From Felis catus (taxonomy: Eukaryota), in the NCBI RefSeq assembly GCF_018350175.1, contig NC_058368.1, forward strand, positions 36,644,001-36,708,000: a stretch of 64,000 nt of DNA, read 5' to 3'. Within the stretch, counting starts at the first letter, position 1. Every line of letters begins with the position of its first letter. The notes beneath the pieces are model-generated. The model was given only the letters and a program-made list of their open reading frames with translations, searched no databases and was not told the DNA's origin. The position numbers and the translations under genes were made by a program. Positions 12,436 to 25,577 of the stretch are shown piece after piece.

Positions 12436-13538
12436 TGCTGAATGCATTTCTAACTGATATATAGGAGTCTGAACTATGGAGTCTGGGATGGAATCTCTGA
12501 GGCAGTGAATACGATATGAAAAGGGGTTATCCAGATGTGGATTGCAGGGAAGGACGAGCACTCCGGGTGGTCTAGGAGTAAGAACATCTGTGCCCACTTC
12601 CTACATGATGCATATAAACTGGGCCAGCCTAACTTTTCTGAGCCCAGTTTCATCCCACAGAATCCACCTTCACCTGCCTTCCTCAACTTGGGAAAACATG
12701 GTCTTTGTTTTATTCAAGGAAAATCCCTCCACTGTGGTCTGATGCAATTGTCTCCCAGGAATTTATTGATTGTTATTCTTTCTGTTTTATAATATCTCCC
12801 TCTCTATTGGCTCCTTACCCAAAGACTGCCTCCATTCTCAAGTCTCTCATATTAAAAAAAAACCAAAGCCTCTTTCAGCTACTGTAGTGTTTGTCTTTTT
12901 TCCCTTGAACATTTTATTCTTTTTGTATTTACTTCCTCACTTCTCTGTAACTCCCTCCCTTAGTGCTGTGAGACGGCCACACTCTACCGCTATGTGGAAC
13001 TGTTCTGAGAAAAGTCACAGTGTCACTAGAAGGTAATTTCTATGCATGCAGGGATCTTCTCTCTTTCGTTCCCCACGGGATGTCCTGTCTCCAGGGTAGG
13101 GCCCGGAACTTAATAGTTGCTCAAGAAATAAATAAATGTCTCCCTAATCATCAAAGCAAATGAATCCTGCCTGTTTTGCCTCACTTGACTTCTCAGGAGC
13201 TTTGTCATTTTTGAGCACTTCTGTGGTGAGACCCACGCATCTTAGTTTTTGTAACATAATTGTTTCTACTTCTCTTTGAAATTTTTATTATGGAAAAATT
13301 TCATAAATGGATATGAAGGAAAAATAAAATAACAAAGGTCCCAGTACCCAATGCCCAGCTTCAACTCATGGCCAATCTTGTTTCATCTGAACCTTCACTC
13401 CTCTCTCATGTTAAACAACCCTAGACACCCTTCTATTTCACCCGTAAATATTTCAGATTTCATTGCCAAAAGAAATGAAATCTTTTAAGCAGCATAATCT
13501 CAACACTGTCATTACACATAAAAAAATAACAAATCCTT

Positions 13539-13750
13539 GAGGTGCCTGGGCGGCTCAGTTGGTTAAGCGTCCGACTCTTGGTTTCAGCTTAGGTCATGAT
13601 CTCGCGGTTTTGTGACTTAAAGCCCCATGTGGGGCTCTGTGCTGACAGTGCAGAGCCTGCTTGGGATTCTCTCTAGAGAGAGAATCTCTCTCTGTCCCTC
13701 CCCCACTTGCACTGTCTCTGTCTCTCTCAAAATAAATAAATAAACTTAAA
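13539..13750 (+). mobile_element. Carnivore SINE
   Basis: Head, body and tail present; degenerate TSD ATAACAAwTCCTTrA. Confidence 0.9.
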
Positions 13751-14377
13751 GATAACAATTCCTTAATATCATCAGCTTCATTCTTGATTTTATTTTGAGC
13801 TGTCTTGATTATTATTTTGGAGGCTGGAATACCTTTCTGTTTCTGTTTCTTCTACCTAGACTTTATCTTATTGGTAAATTGGGAAATTGGAGTGAGGCCT
13901 GGTCAGGTTTTTCTGAGCTCTTTCTAGAAGCAACCCAGCTGTGGGAGTCCTGTACCTCTGCCCTTGCTGAAGCGTAGCTCCCAGGGTCATATTCGGCCTA
14001 CAGTTTGTCTACCTCTGCCATGCCTGGGCAGGTAAGTTAAATTAACAGTGAACCCTTAGGAAGCCCATCTGCTTTGGTCAATAATCAGGCTGATATTTTA
14101 TGTTCAGCCACCTGACATCCATACCGGTCTCCCAGTCAGTTCTGAAATCAGGAGGAAAAAACTATGTGAAGCCCTATCAACAAAATGAGAATATTATTCA
14201 GAAACATTGAGGTAAACACCAGAAGAAAGAGCTAATCAGTTGAAAGTGATTGTCTCTGGGGAGGGAAGATGACATAGGAGGTGGTGGACAGTGAGCTTCT
14301 TTTTGATTTAAGCCTCTTCACAATATATGACTCCTGAAGGTCTAGACATAGGATACATTGATAGGTATAAAAATGAT

Positions 14378-14590
14378 GGGACACTGGGTGGCTCATTCAG
14401 TTAATGTCCAACTCTTGGTTTTGGGTCAGGTCATGATCTCATAGTTTGTGACTTCAAGCCCTGGTCAGGCTCTGCAATGCCAGTGTGGACCCTGCTTGGG
14501 ATTCTCTCTCTCTTCCTCTCTCTGCTCCTCCCTCTCTCTCTCTCTCTCTCTGTGTCTCTCAAAATAAATAAAATTTTTTTAAAAATTTAA
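14378..14590 (+). mobile_element. Carnivore SINE
   Basis: Diverged head, (CT)n, A tail. Confidence 0.9.
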
Positions 14591-14867
14591 AAATCAATGA
14601 AAACATATCAAAACCTCGAGGCGCTTAACTCAAAATCCCCTCATCTTACCTGGCCCCTCCTGTTTCAGGGAACACTACCATCTATCAGAAATCTTGGAGT
14701 CCTCCTGCTTCTTCTTGCCCTTTCTTGCCAGATTTTGGTGGTGAGCAGGACTTCTATAATGTGTTCTGTTCCCATCACAACTTCTGTGTTCCCACTGCTC
14801 TTGTCTTTGTTCATGTCCTTCACCATCCTTTGCTGGACAATTACAGCAGCCCCTGCCTGGTCCATCT

Positions 14868-15238
14868 GATATGGGCTGAATTGTGTCTACCTTAAATTCC
14901 TATGTTGAAGTTCTAACCCCAGTCAGAATGCGACTGTATTTGTATATGGGGCCTTAAAGAGGTAATTAAGGTAAAATAAGTCCATATTTACGGGCTTTAT
15001 ATGACTGAGTCCTTTTAGGAAGAGGAGATTAGGACAGAGAAAGGCATAAAAGAAAGCTCTTGTGCAAACAGAGAAGACGACCACCTACAAGCCATGGAAA
15101 GAGGCTTTAAAAGACACAATCCTCCTAATACTTTGATCTTGGACTTTCAGCTTCCAGAACTGTGAGAAAATAAACTTCTGTTGTTTAAGCCGCTGAGGCA
15201 GTGGTGCTTTGTCATGGCAGCCCTGATGAACCAATATA
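14868..15238 (+). mobile_element. MaLR LTR (MLT1B/C-like), inserted in an L2 remnant
   Basis: tgatatgggctgaattgtgtc ... ggactttcagcttccagaactgtgagaaaataaa ... atggcagccc..aaccaatata. Confidence 0.85.
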
Positions 15239-17308
15239 CCAGCCCCCCTGCCCTTCTTGGCCATGATCTGATTCAACTTCCAAAACAGTGTCAGAGGAAG
15301 CTCTCAATAATGCACATCTAATCAAGTTATTCTCCTGCTTAAAATCCTTAAATGAGTCTTCTACATGCTAGATAAAACCTATCTCCTTAGCCTGACACGG
15401 GAAGCCTTCCCTTATCTTCCCTCCTTACACCGAAGCACCAACTTTAGTGAAGTATCTGCACATCCAAGGAGGCCACCCTAATTCAGGCTTTACTGTCTCT
15501 GCAGGTGTATTTTCTTTGCTCAGAAGACCTTTACCCTCCTCAGCATTTTCGAGTCTCAGGTCAAACCCCATTTCCCCTGGGAAACCTTTCTTACCCCTTC
15601 AGATAGAATCAATATTCTTTCCTTATGTTCACTTTGGACCCTATATAGACTTCTACCTGACACTTGCAGTATTTTTATTGCCATTGCTTTTATCTTATTT
15701 ATCTAATCCTTAAAAGCAGAGACTATGCTGTAACTTTGCTGACACAGGACCTAACATAATACCACACACATAATGGGTGCTCAAAAGATGTTGACCAACC
15801 ACCTGATTAAATGAATGAATCTGGAAAACTGGAATAATTATGTTAGTTTAGAATACCTCAAAGAGCTATTTTCCAATAATACATGTGGACATTTTAAACA
15901 ATGCCTAGAAATAAGTAATTTTTGAATTTTTAAAGACGAATTGAAATTGCAACTTACTACTTGATCTTGAGTTCGAATGTACTCGAATAGTGGGTCATTT
16001 CCAACCCTTAACATGGTGTTGCTTTTTCTTTAAAACATGGGATCATGAAAATGTATTTTTGGAGAAGGTAGAGATGATCTGATCCAACCATTCTATTTCA
16101 TCAACAAGGAAGCTAAGAAACAGCAACTGTGCCCGTGAGCACACGGGCCCGCTGTTACCAGAGCCGGGATGCTTGATTCCATGTCTGATACACTGATTCT
16201 GCCTCCGATGAAGACAGAAACACCGCGGTTAGATTGGTTTGAGGAAAAGGGATCTGAAATGTAATTCAACCAAGAAAAAAGCCACCAAATTTACATTTAT
16301 AAAAGTAATAGAAAGACTCTGATTCTTAAATTGTTTCTAAATAAAATATTGTGAATGAACTTCATCCAATATTGATATGTCCTTTGGCACTGGGGCATTT
16401 TAGAGTATTTATTTGTTATTGTGAAAAATTGCATTTGAATAATGTATAACAAGATGCGTAGTCAAATTGCCTCTGAATAATGTATAACAAGAACATTTAT
16501 TCATTTGGCACCTTTCTTTCAAGGAAGTACAAATACCTGGTGTACTTTAAATTAGGTATGGCTTGCTGGGTACTTGCTTTTTCACTTAACTGTAACATTT
16601 TGGATACCACAGTAATGGTTTGAACCTAAAGCAGCAGCACTCCACAACCTGAGAACATCTTGAAGGAAAGATTTACATAGTCTACCTCATCCATTAGCAC
16701 AACTTGGAAGCACTGTCTTGGAATGAAGAATTTGAAGTTGTGTCTGTGGTGGAATTTCAGACATTTCTGACCCTTTGGAGGAGACTGCAGGACCAGTCAC
16801 CCATAGGCTTCTGTATGCAAGCCTGTTGTGGTGCCTCAATGACAATCCGTGGCCGCAGGTGAGAAAGATGCGCATTCTCTCCACTACTTCCAGAACACAA
16901 TGTTCAGCTCAGCAAGAGCTGCAGGAAATCCAGCACAGCTTTGCTGCTTTGAAACTTCAAGAGGCTTCGTTCCTGACACAGGTATGGGCTGGCTATGGTG
17001 GTTGTGGGACTGGCAGTAGGAGTGGGGGGAGGTTCCCTCAAGAATCATACTGAACAGCAGCCATCAGCAGGGCAAAGAGCATACATGAACTTACTGGAGA
17101 CACTCCTGGAGACTCCCCCAAATTACTGGGCAAGACTTTGAGGGGGTGCAGAAGGTCCTATATTGGCACGGTGGGATAGATAGACCTCATTCAGTCATTA
17201 GCAAGCCTATGTGAGACAGTCTTCTTGGGGCTGGAGATGTAGCAGTGAAGAAAACAAAGATTCCATTCTTGTGAAGTTTACACAAAGTGAGGAGGAGGGG
17301 ATGATACA

Positions 17309-17684
17309 GGCTATGAACTGAATCGTTTCCCCTAAAAATTTGTACATTGAAGCCTTAACCCCCCAAGTGATGATTTTTGGGGATGGGGCCTTTGGGAGGT
17401 AATTAGGTACAGATGAGGGTATGAAGGTGGAGCCCTCATGAGGGTGGTGGTGTCCTTGAAGAAGAGACATCAGAGAGCTTTCTTTCTCTCTTTCTACCAT
17501 GTGAGGACAGAGTAAAAACATGACTGTCTGCAAGTCAGGAAGAAAACCCTCACCAGGGAATCAAATTGGCTACCACTTTGATCTTGGGATTCCCATCCTC
17601 TGGAACTGTGAGAAATCAATTCCTGTTGCTTAGGTCACCCAATCTATGGTATATTTTGTTATGGCAGCCCTAGCTGACTAATAC
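17309..17684 (+). mobile_element. MaLR LTR (MLT1A-like)
   Basis: ctatgaactgaat...gggcctttgggaggtaattagg...ttgttatggcagccctagctgactaataca. Confidence 0.85.
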
Positions 17685-17751
17685 AATAAAGAATGTAAAT
17701 AACACATAGATAAATTACCTAGTATGTTAGGAAGTGATACGTGCTATAGAA

Positions 17752-17816
17752 TTTTATTTATTTTTATTTAGAGAGAGAGAGAGTGAGAATGGGGGAGAGG
17801 AGCAGAGGGAGGGAGG

Positions 17817-17864
<48 letters not shown>

Positions 17865-17985
17865 CTCAAGCAGGCTCCACACTTAGCGCAGAGCCCAGTG
17901 CAGTGCCCGATCCCACAACCCTGGGATCATGACCTGCACTGAAATCAAGCTGGATGCTGAACTGACTGAGCCACCCAGGCATCCT
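17752..17985 (-). mobile_element. Carnivore SINE with expanded (GA)n
   Basis: Reverse-strand SINE motifs; flanked by TGCTATAGAA duplication. Confidence 0.9.
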
Positions 17986-18023
17986 GCTATAGAACTTTTT
18001 TTTTTTTTTAAAGAAGCAGGATA

Positions 18024-18226
18024 GGGGCGCCTGGGTGGCGCAGTCGGTTAAGCGTCCGACTTCAGCCAGGTCACGATCTCGCGGTCCGTGAGTTCGAGCC
18101 CCACGTCGGGCTCTGGGCTGATGGCTCAGAGCCTGGAGCCTGTTTCCGATTCTGTGTCTCCCTCTCTCTCTGCCCCTCCCCCGTTCATGCTCTGTCTCTC
18201 TCTGTCCCAAAAATAAATAAACGTTG
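18024..18226 (+). mobile_element. Young felid SINE (SINEC_Fc-type)
   Basis: CpG-rich head ggggcgcctgggtggcgcagtcggttaagcgtccgac; TSD TAAAGAAGCAGGATA. Confidence 0.95.
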
Positions 18227-18239
18227 TAAAGAAGCAGGA

Positions 18240-18950
18240 TAAATGAGATCAAGAGTATAGGTGTGGGGAACAAAGTTGGTCAGACTAGGACTCGTTAAGA
18301 AGGTGATATATAAACAAAGAATTGAAGGAGATAAAGCAGGTAACTGATGGAAATGTGTTTCAGATAGCAGGTATAGCTAGGGCAATGGTCCTAACGTGGG
18401 AAGGTGGTTGGGATGTTCTTGCAATGCCAATGAGGCCAGCATGGCTGGAGGGGAGTAAACAAGGCGGAGAAAATAAGCATAAGGTCAGAACAATGATCTG
18501 GGTCTAGATCACAAGGGCCTTGTGGACCTTTGTAAGGATTTACTCTGAGTGAAATGGGGAGATACTATGGAGTTTTGAATAGGGAATGACATGATTACAT
18601 TTAAGTTTAAAAAGATCTCTTGAGCTGCTGTGTTGAGGTCAGCATAGACTCTGGAAAGCCAGCCAAGACAGCATTGCAGTAATGTAGATGAAAGCTTAGA
18701 CCAGCTGGTCGCAGTGAAAGTGGTAAGAAATGGTCAGATTCTGGATAAGTTTTGCAAGTAAAGCTAACAAGATTTGTTGTGTTAGAGACAGGGAGGCATC
18801 AAGGATGGCTGACTTGATTAATGGGAAGAATGCAGCTGCTATCAAATGAGATAGGAAGGTATTGCTAGTGCAGATTTGGGGCTTTCAGGAGTTTGGTTTT
18901 GGCCATATTGAGTTTGAGATGTCTATTGGTCATTCAACTGGGGATGTCAA
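18240..18950 (-). mobile_element. L2 LINE fragment
   Basis: Purine-rich L2 antisense motifs (gaggccagcatggctggag, ctctgagtgaaatgggga, gagtttggttttggccatattgagtttgagatg). Confidence 0.8.
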
Positions 18951-19639
18951 GGCTTGAATTATTTCAGTTATTGTGAACTCATGAGCACCTCAAGTGATGA
19001 ATCCTGGAGAAATATGGATTACATCCACAACATGACCTTAAGTTGGCAGGGTTTGAAGGGATATTTGTTGAAGTCGTGAGTGTGACTTGTTAGAAGTTGG
19101 ATGTATCCATGGCATAGTTGGAGAAGTGGCTCAATTTTCAGCGCTGGTCATTGTCATCTCTTTATAAAAGGATCTGAATGCTTCCAGACAAAACTACTTT
19201 GGATCCTCCTATTTTTTGAAATGAAAGTAATTATTTCCTTATGTGCTTGATTCTCCCACTTAATCACGAGCTCCTTGAAGGCAGCGCTGCGCTGTCTTTA
19301 TCCCTGTATTTCAAGCAATTGACAAGCTAGTGTCCAGATGCAATAAATGCTTATTTAGTGAATAAATACAGTTTTGTCTATGTGAGAGTCAGTTACATAT
19401 TTTGTTTCAGTAAACTATTTTTAGACATTTGAAGTAATCTATCTCCCACTTAATGCCCTAAATTTGATTTTATAAAACAAGGCATAAGATAAAAAGAAAA
19501 AAAAAAATAAGCAAAGTGTTATTACTGTAATGCAAACATATTATGGGTAAACATAAGGTACTTTTTGTCCCCTAAAGAGGTCTGTCTCATGACTCTTTCA
19601 TCTCTATATTATGTGGCTGATGGATGTTCGGTCTTTCTA

Positions 19640-19790
19640 CTGAGAGTGTTGTCCTCAGACCAGCAGCAATGGTATCACTTGGAAGATAGTTAGAAATACT
19701 CCACTGCACACCTCCTGGATCAAATGATGCTTTTCAGCTAAAACCCCAGGTGATTCATGTGCACATTAAAGTTTTAAGAAACACTGTTCT
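19640..19790. mobile_element. MER5A-like hAT MITE
   Basis: accagcagca..ggtatcacttggaa...ccccaggtgattc...aagttttaagaaacactg. Confidence 0.7.
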
Positions 19791-19791
19791 G

Positions 19792-19945
19792 CAGCCGGGT
19801 TGGCAAACTACTACTTGTTTTTGTAAATAAAGTTTTATTGGAACATAGCCATACATATTTACACATTGCCTGTGGATTGTTGTGCTACAACAGCAGAGCT
19901 GAGGAGCTATCATAGAGACTGGCTTGCAAGGCCTGAAATACTTCC
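19792..19945. mobile_element. MER58-like hAT MITE
   Basis: gggttggcaaacta...tttttgtaaataaagttttattggaacatagcc...acaacagcagagctgag. Confidence 0.75.
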
Positions 19946-19949
19946 CGTA

Positions 19950-20147
19950 TTTTTTTTAATGTTTGTTTATTTTTGGGAGACAGAGCGCAAATGGCGAGGG
20001 GCAGAAAGAGAGACACAGAATCCAAAGCAGGTTCTAGGCTCTGAGCCGTCAGCATGGAACCCAACACAGGGCTCGAACTCGTGAACCGTGAGATCATGAC
20101 CTGAGCCAAAGACGGACACTTAACCGACTGAGTCACCCAGGCGCCCC
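19950..20147 (-). mobile_element. Carnivore SINE
   Basis: Reverse-strand SINE motifs. Confidence 0.95.
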
Positions 20148-20520
20148 CCCCCCCCATCTGACCCTTTAAGAATCAGTTTGCAGTCTCTCTTCCTGGGTTC
20201 CAGTGTTATTCTGGACATACCTTCCAAGAGGCCGCACGCCGTGTGTGAATGTTGTGGCCTGGACACTGATGTAAATATTCATTTGTTTTCTATTCTTTTT
20301 TATTGGGAAAAAGTGTTCAAAGATTTTGAATGCAAATATAAATCCTTCTAAAGTAATACTATAAAATTGGGTAACATGAATACCATTTATATTCCAAAAA
20401 TTTTTTTTTAAGTTTATCTTTTTCTGATTATAAAAACAATATGTGCTCATTACTGGAATTTTGAAAAGTACAGAAAGAATGAACAAGAAAAAGAAAATAC
20501 TATCTAGATTTTAATATGTA

Positions 20521-20732
20521 TTTTTTTTTCAACGTTTATTTATTTTTGGGACAGAGAGAGACAGAGCATGAACAGGTGAGGGGCAGAGAGAGAGGGAGAC
20601 ACAGAATCGGAAACAGGCTCCAGGCTCTGAGCCATCAGCCCAGAGCCCGACGTGGGGCTCGAACTCACGGACCGCGAGATCGTGACCTGGCTGAAGTCGG
20701 ACGCTTAACCGACTGCGCCACCCAGGCGCCCC
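20521..20732 (-). mobile_element. Young felid SINE
   Basis: Near-exact reverse complement of the copy at 18024; TSD AATATGTATTTTT. Confidence 0.95.
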
Positions 20733-22129
20733 AATATGTATTTTTATATACTTAGACTGATCCCATATTTGTATTTTATATTCTGATTTTTCACTTATCC
20801 TACAGCAAATCTTTCCCCAAGATATAAAAAATTCTGTGTAAGCCTCATGCTTAGCGGTGGCTAATCTTCCATCACTGGGAATTGTTTCATTTTCTTAATG
20901 ATTCTTCTATGGTTGGCTCTTTAGATCAATAACTATTTAAGAGTGAAAATTAGTGCTTATTATATAAGTGACTAGCAAATGATGTGCTCCAGCCCTTTTA
21001 CTAAAAAGGACAGGAAAACAACACAGGATGAAAGTCCAAATTAATTAGCCTTTTAGTATTGATGTGCCTTTGTATATACAGGAGAAAGAAATTATTTGGG
21101 AGACTTATAACTGATTGAACATGATGGGAAATAAAGATACAAATTGTAATCCCCTAATGAAAAAGTATGTGATCTGTGAAAACTAGAGAAAGCAGTGAGG
21201 GCAGTTTTGACACGATGCAAATGAAAAGGCAGTAAGCCCTGAATTGTGAGATAAAAAGCAGGGCCAGACTACCAACAGGCGATTAAAACATCATCTTCCC
21301 AAACAACATGGCATCTATAGGCCTAACGTGCTATTTCTTACTATCGTGTTTTAGCGAATCCCTAGGTGGTGGTTTAGGTACTTGACTCAAATAGATATTC
21401 TCATCTCACTCGGATTGCGGTGATGTTCACAAACACTGAGAAAAGGTACCACGGGCCAGAAGACCCCCTGTAGACATGCTGCCTTGGGCCTCCGCATTGC
21501 TGCCTGGCCTTGCCAGACCATACCTGCTCTCAGCCTAGACCTACTAGTTCCATTTCCACAGAGAACAGCTCATCTCTGTCCTAGAATAAGTCATCATCAT
21601 CCATTCTGCTCCTTGTGAGGATTTTCTTACTTATTCTGAGCCCAAGACTACACTCCCATCCCTGCTTTATGGAATGATTTTTGGCTCATGCCCTTCTGTT
21701 TGGATTGTAACCCCAACTGGCTTACCTGGGATTTGCTCCCTCCTACCTTCTCAGATCTCTAACTTTTGACCTTAACTTGCCCTTGTGATATGTAGTGCTC
21801 ACATGCGCATCCTGGGAGAACCCAGTTTTCTAATGGGATTGCAGCTTCTACTGCACTTGACAGTCTAGAAAATCTGCAGCCCTGTGCCCGTCTGAACTAA
21901 CTGGTAATGAGTTGTTCGTGACCTGCTGAGTGATGCTATCAGACTCAGAATAATTTCTGCCGTCTGCTGTGCCATCATTAAATATGTGATTAAAGAAGGA
22001 AGGCTTCATTCAAAGACACAAATGCAGGCCTTGAGTAAGGAGTTTTGTGGTGACCTCCGCCATCTCTCTTACTCAGAAATGTTCTGAATGCATGAATTGG
22101 AAGCTGGACCGTTTGGTCCCACGGGGGTT

Positions 22130-22568
22130 AGGAGATTTCCTAGGGGGGGTTGTAACAAAGCACCACGGTCTGGTGTGTTTAAATTTCTAAACAAAAGGAA
22201 TTTATTCTCCCACAGATCTAGAGGCTCAAAGTGTAAAATCAAGGTGTTGCCAGGCCCTGTTGTCTCTGAAGCCTCTGGAGGAGAATCCTTCCCAGCCCCT
22301 TTCAGCTTCCGGAAGCCCTAGGCATTCAATGGTTTGTGGTGGTATGAAGTTTCTGCCTCTATGATCACATGACATTCTCTCTTTGGTTGTCCCCTTCTCT
22401 TAAGGAGACCAGTCATATTGGATTAAGGACCCACCCTACTCCAAGATTATTTCATCTTAACTAACCACATCTGCAAAGACCTTATTTCCAACTAAGGTCA
22501 CATCCTGAGGTATAAGGGGTTCGGACTTCAACATATGAATCGGGGGGACACAGTGTAAACCACAACAA
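22130..22568 (-). mobile_element. MaLR LTR (MLT1C-like)
   Basis: tttcctagg..tgtaacaaagcaccac...ggacttcaacatatgaat.gggggacacag..aaccacaaca. Confidence 0.85.
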
Positions 22569-22780
22569 GAAGGTAAAGCAAATGAGTGTGCAAGAAAGTA
22601 TGTTTTGTTTGCATACCCTAAATTGGTAGGTGTATTCTTCACTTCTGTGATGAAATATGATGTTTATTCCATTTTCCTTGAAACATTCAGTTATCTTGTT
22701 CTACATTTCTTGTTGCTTCATGGGTGTCGGGAGATGTTTTATTTTATTTTTACACCTGCTCTTAAAAATACTATACTCTA

Positions 22781-22990
22781 GGGGCACCTGGATGGCTCAG
22801 GCGAAGCATCTGACTTCGGCTCAGGTCATGATCACGCTGCCCATGGGTTTGAGCCCTGTGTCGGGCTCTGTGCTGACAGCTCAGAGCCTGGAGCCTGCCT
22901 CCAATTCTGTGTCACCCTCTCTCTCTCCCCGTCCCCCACTCATGCTCTGTCTCTGTCTCAAAAGTAAACAAACATTAAAACAAAATTTAA
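22781..22990 (+). mobile_element. Carnivore SINE
   Basis: Head, body and tail present; TSD AAAATrCTATACTCTA. Confidence 0.95.
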
Positions 22991-23302
22991 AAATGCTATA
23001 CTCTAAAAAATTGCAAAAAATTGCAAATACTATACTATAAAAATGCAATCATGCATGGCAACTAATAGTGGTCTCAGTTTAGGAGACGTTAGGGTGTAGT
23101 GAAAATTGTAGCAAATTTGAGTGTGTGTGCACATCAAAAGGAATCATTGCTACTTGACTCCTGCAGATTTCTGCTAAAAATAAATGTGGGCCCAGTGGTG
23201 TTCCCTCCTGTGAGTGGATTATATGATCCAGCTCTGATGTACTAAGGCATATGATATGTGTCTGTATCTTCTCTTCTGCCTTCCTTTCAAATCATGGGAA
23301 CA

Positions 23303-23600
23303 TGTGTTGGGATAGAGACTCCATCAGTGTTCTCTCGAAGGTTACTAAAGGGCCTCAGGCTCAAGTCCAGTATGTGTGAGAGGGTTTCCCCACACCATCA
23401 AACCATGTTTGGACACCAGCTGGGTATTCGACAATTCAACTCAATTCTGACACCATCTAACGAGAGGTAGAGTCAGATTCCACAGCTTCCTGGCTCCGTC
23501 CCAGAAGACTGCCCTCCCCCTCAGACGCTGGTGGCAAATCCAGATTGTTACCTGTACCTCTGACTGACTGTAAATCAGAGGTTCCCATGCCCCCCTCCTG
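23303..23600 (-). mobile_element. LTR fragment (MER21-like)
   Basis: acaccagctgggt..caattcaactcaattctgacacc..cagattccacag..aagactgccc motifs. Confidence 0.6.
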
Positions 23601-25577
23601 GAACGGGAGTTTCCTGTACTAACTCCTTGATAGCAATCTCCCCTCTGTTTTATGTTGTTTCTGGAATGTATGTTGATTGCATGTGCAATCCCCAGGACTG
23701 ATTCTCTGATTTTCTTACTGTTTCTTTTCTGTTGTCCACCTCCGTGTCTTTTTGTTCGTCTTTCACACAGAAATCCTGGCTTTATTTTCTGTCTCTTCTA
23801 TAGATTAAAAAAAAAGCAGGTGTTCTATTTAAACATTTTTTTTAAATCTCTTTCTTGATCTTGGAATATTCTTTTTCTTTTTCTTTTTTTCTTTTTTTTG
23901 GGGGGGTCATATATCTCATCTTTCTCTGTTTCTTTAGTTCTCTCCTGCTCCTTAATTGACTTCAGTTTTGGAGTTCTTTATTTTATATTTTTGTTCTGGT
24001 TTCTTGAATGTTGGGGAATTTCCTCAATTACTTGGTGCTCCTTTTAATACTTAAAGCAAAGTACTAAGACCCTGTTTGGAAGCTCTATATGCAAGGGCAG
24101 GGCTGACTGGTGGGTGGGGTTTGCCAGGGGGTTGTTGGGCACATCTGAGTTTTGCTTTGGAGCTTCCAAATATCAATATCTGTAGGTCTTTATTTTGGAG
24201 TTCAGGGCTTCATGGGAGACTCCTAGGTGAATGAGTCTGCCTGCTGGAGCTCTAGGCCTGGGCAGGAGAAGAGAAGGCGGCCTTGGGCTTCTCAGTAACT
24301 CTGTATGGAGACTTCCAATTAATCGCCCTGCCTCAGCCCTCCACTGTATGAGGTGTCCTTGAATCTAGGGTGGTTCAGATTCATTTCCTCTGAAGAGTAA
24401 GCATTTGGTCTCCTCAGGAGTGGGCATAAGGGGAATGCCTAACCACACAGACTGGGAAATGGGGACTTAAAGGTCCACCTGCTCCTTAAAGAAGCTTTCT
24501 ACCCATCCCAGTATTTAGCTTTCAAGTGCACTCTGAATTATGTGTTACTTCTGATTTCTGTGACTTTTCAGGCTTCCAAAGGGTGGATTGCATGGCTCCT
24601 TGTTATCGTTGCCCTCTGAAGGCACTTGAGTTTCAGCTTTTCTATGCTAGGAGTCAGATCCTACAGCAATAGATGCTGTCATGTTGAAAATCTCCGTACA
24701 CCTAAGTGATTAACAAGGCTTAGCTAATACCCATCTTGTTTCTGTGTTGGTGGAAGTTCACAGTAATGGGATCTGACCAGTTTACCGTTAATGAATCACA
24801 CTCTGTGGCGAGGTAGCTGCCTTTCATCTTAAATACTAAAGTCAGACTTAGAGCCATGCACATCGTTAAGCAGATGCTTTGCCTCACCACTTGTCTTTCA
24901 GTTGCAGAAAATATCGGTTTCATTGCAAAATTAAATTGGTATGCTTGTCTAATTAACTGTGAGTATTGGGACAAATTCTTTCCCCCTCTTCTCCTTTTAT
25001 TCCATAATCCTATTCAAAACCAGATCCCAGAAGGAGAAACAGCATGTCCTCACCAGCTCAGCAAGTTTCTTATGAAGCAATGCTTCTTCCATTCAGACTC
25101 TGCTGCCTTAACAGAGGCAAGAATGTGAGTGATGACTCTTCAGTGGCCTTGAGAGTCCCATCAGCTCTCATACCCCAATGTGTAAGCCCCAGGGATCCCC
25201 CTTGATGAGAATTTTGTCTGAGGAGAGGTCTTTGAACACAATGTGTTGTGTAATATGACCAACCATCTAACTAGAAACCCCAAACTAAGGGGTCTCAGGC
25301 CAGCTGTCTCAGGCCAGGGATCGTGTGAAACCTCGTATGCTGAAGACTTATCTGAGCTGTCCACACTCGATGGAGAAATGCTGGTCAACGAGTAGAAAGA
25401 CTGGCATAGGGAAGCCAGAGACCAAGCCACTACTATCCAGTTTACCATCTGGGTTATTGGGTAAATAATTAAAAAAGTAAAGAGATAGAGACACAGAGAT
25501 TGATTTAAGAAGTCATAAACAACAGAAAAGATGATTGCTGGAGTAGTCAGGGTTCTCCAGAGAAACAGATCAAATAG

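Noticed and set aside
16426..16492. CRISPR-like repeat-spacer unit
   Set aside because: Only two copies, a 9-bp spacer, mammalian context and no cas genes.
18024..18100. tRNA gene (A/B-box-like motifs)
   Set aside because: This is the tRNA-derived head of a SINE, followed by the SINE body, tail and TSD.
17866..18273. Recurrent ORF peptides (FLGQRETEHERGRGRERGRHRIG..., MAQSVKRPTSAQVMIS...) at many positions, suggesting a gene family
   Set aside because: They are translations of SINE copies on either strand, not genes.
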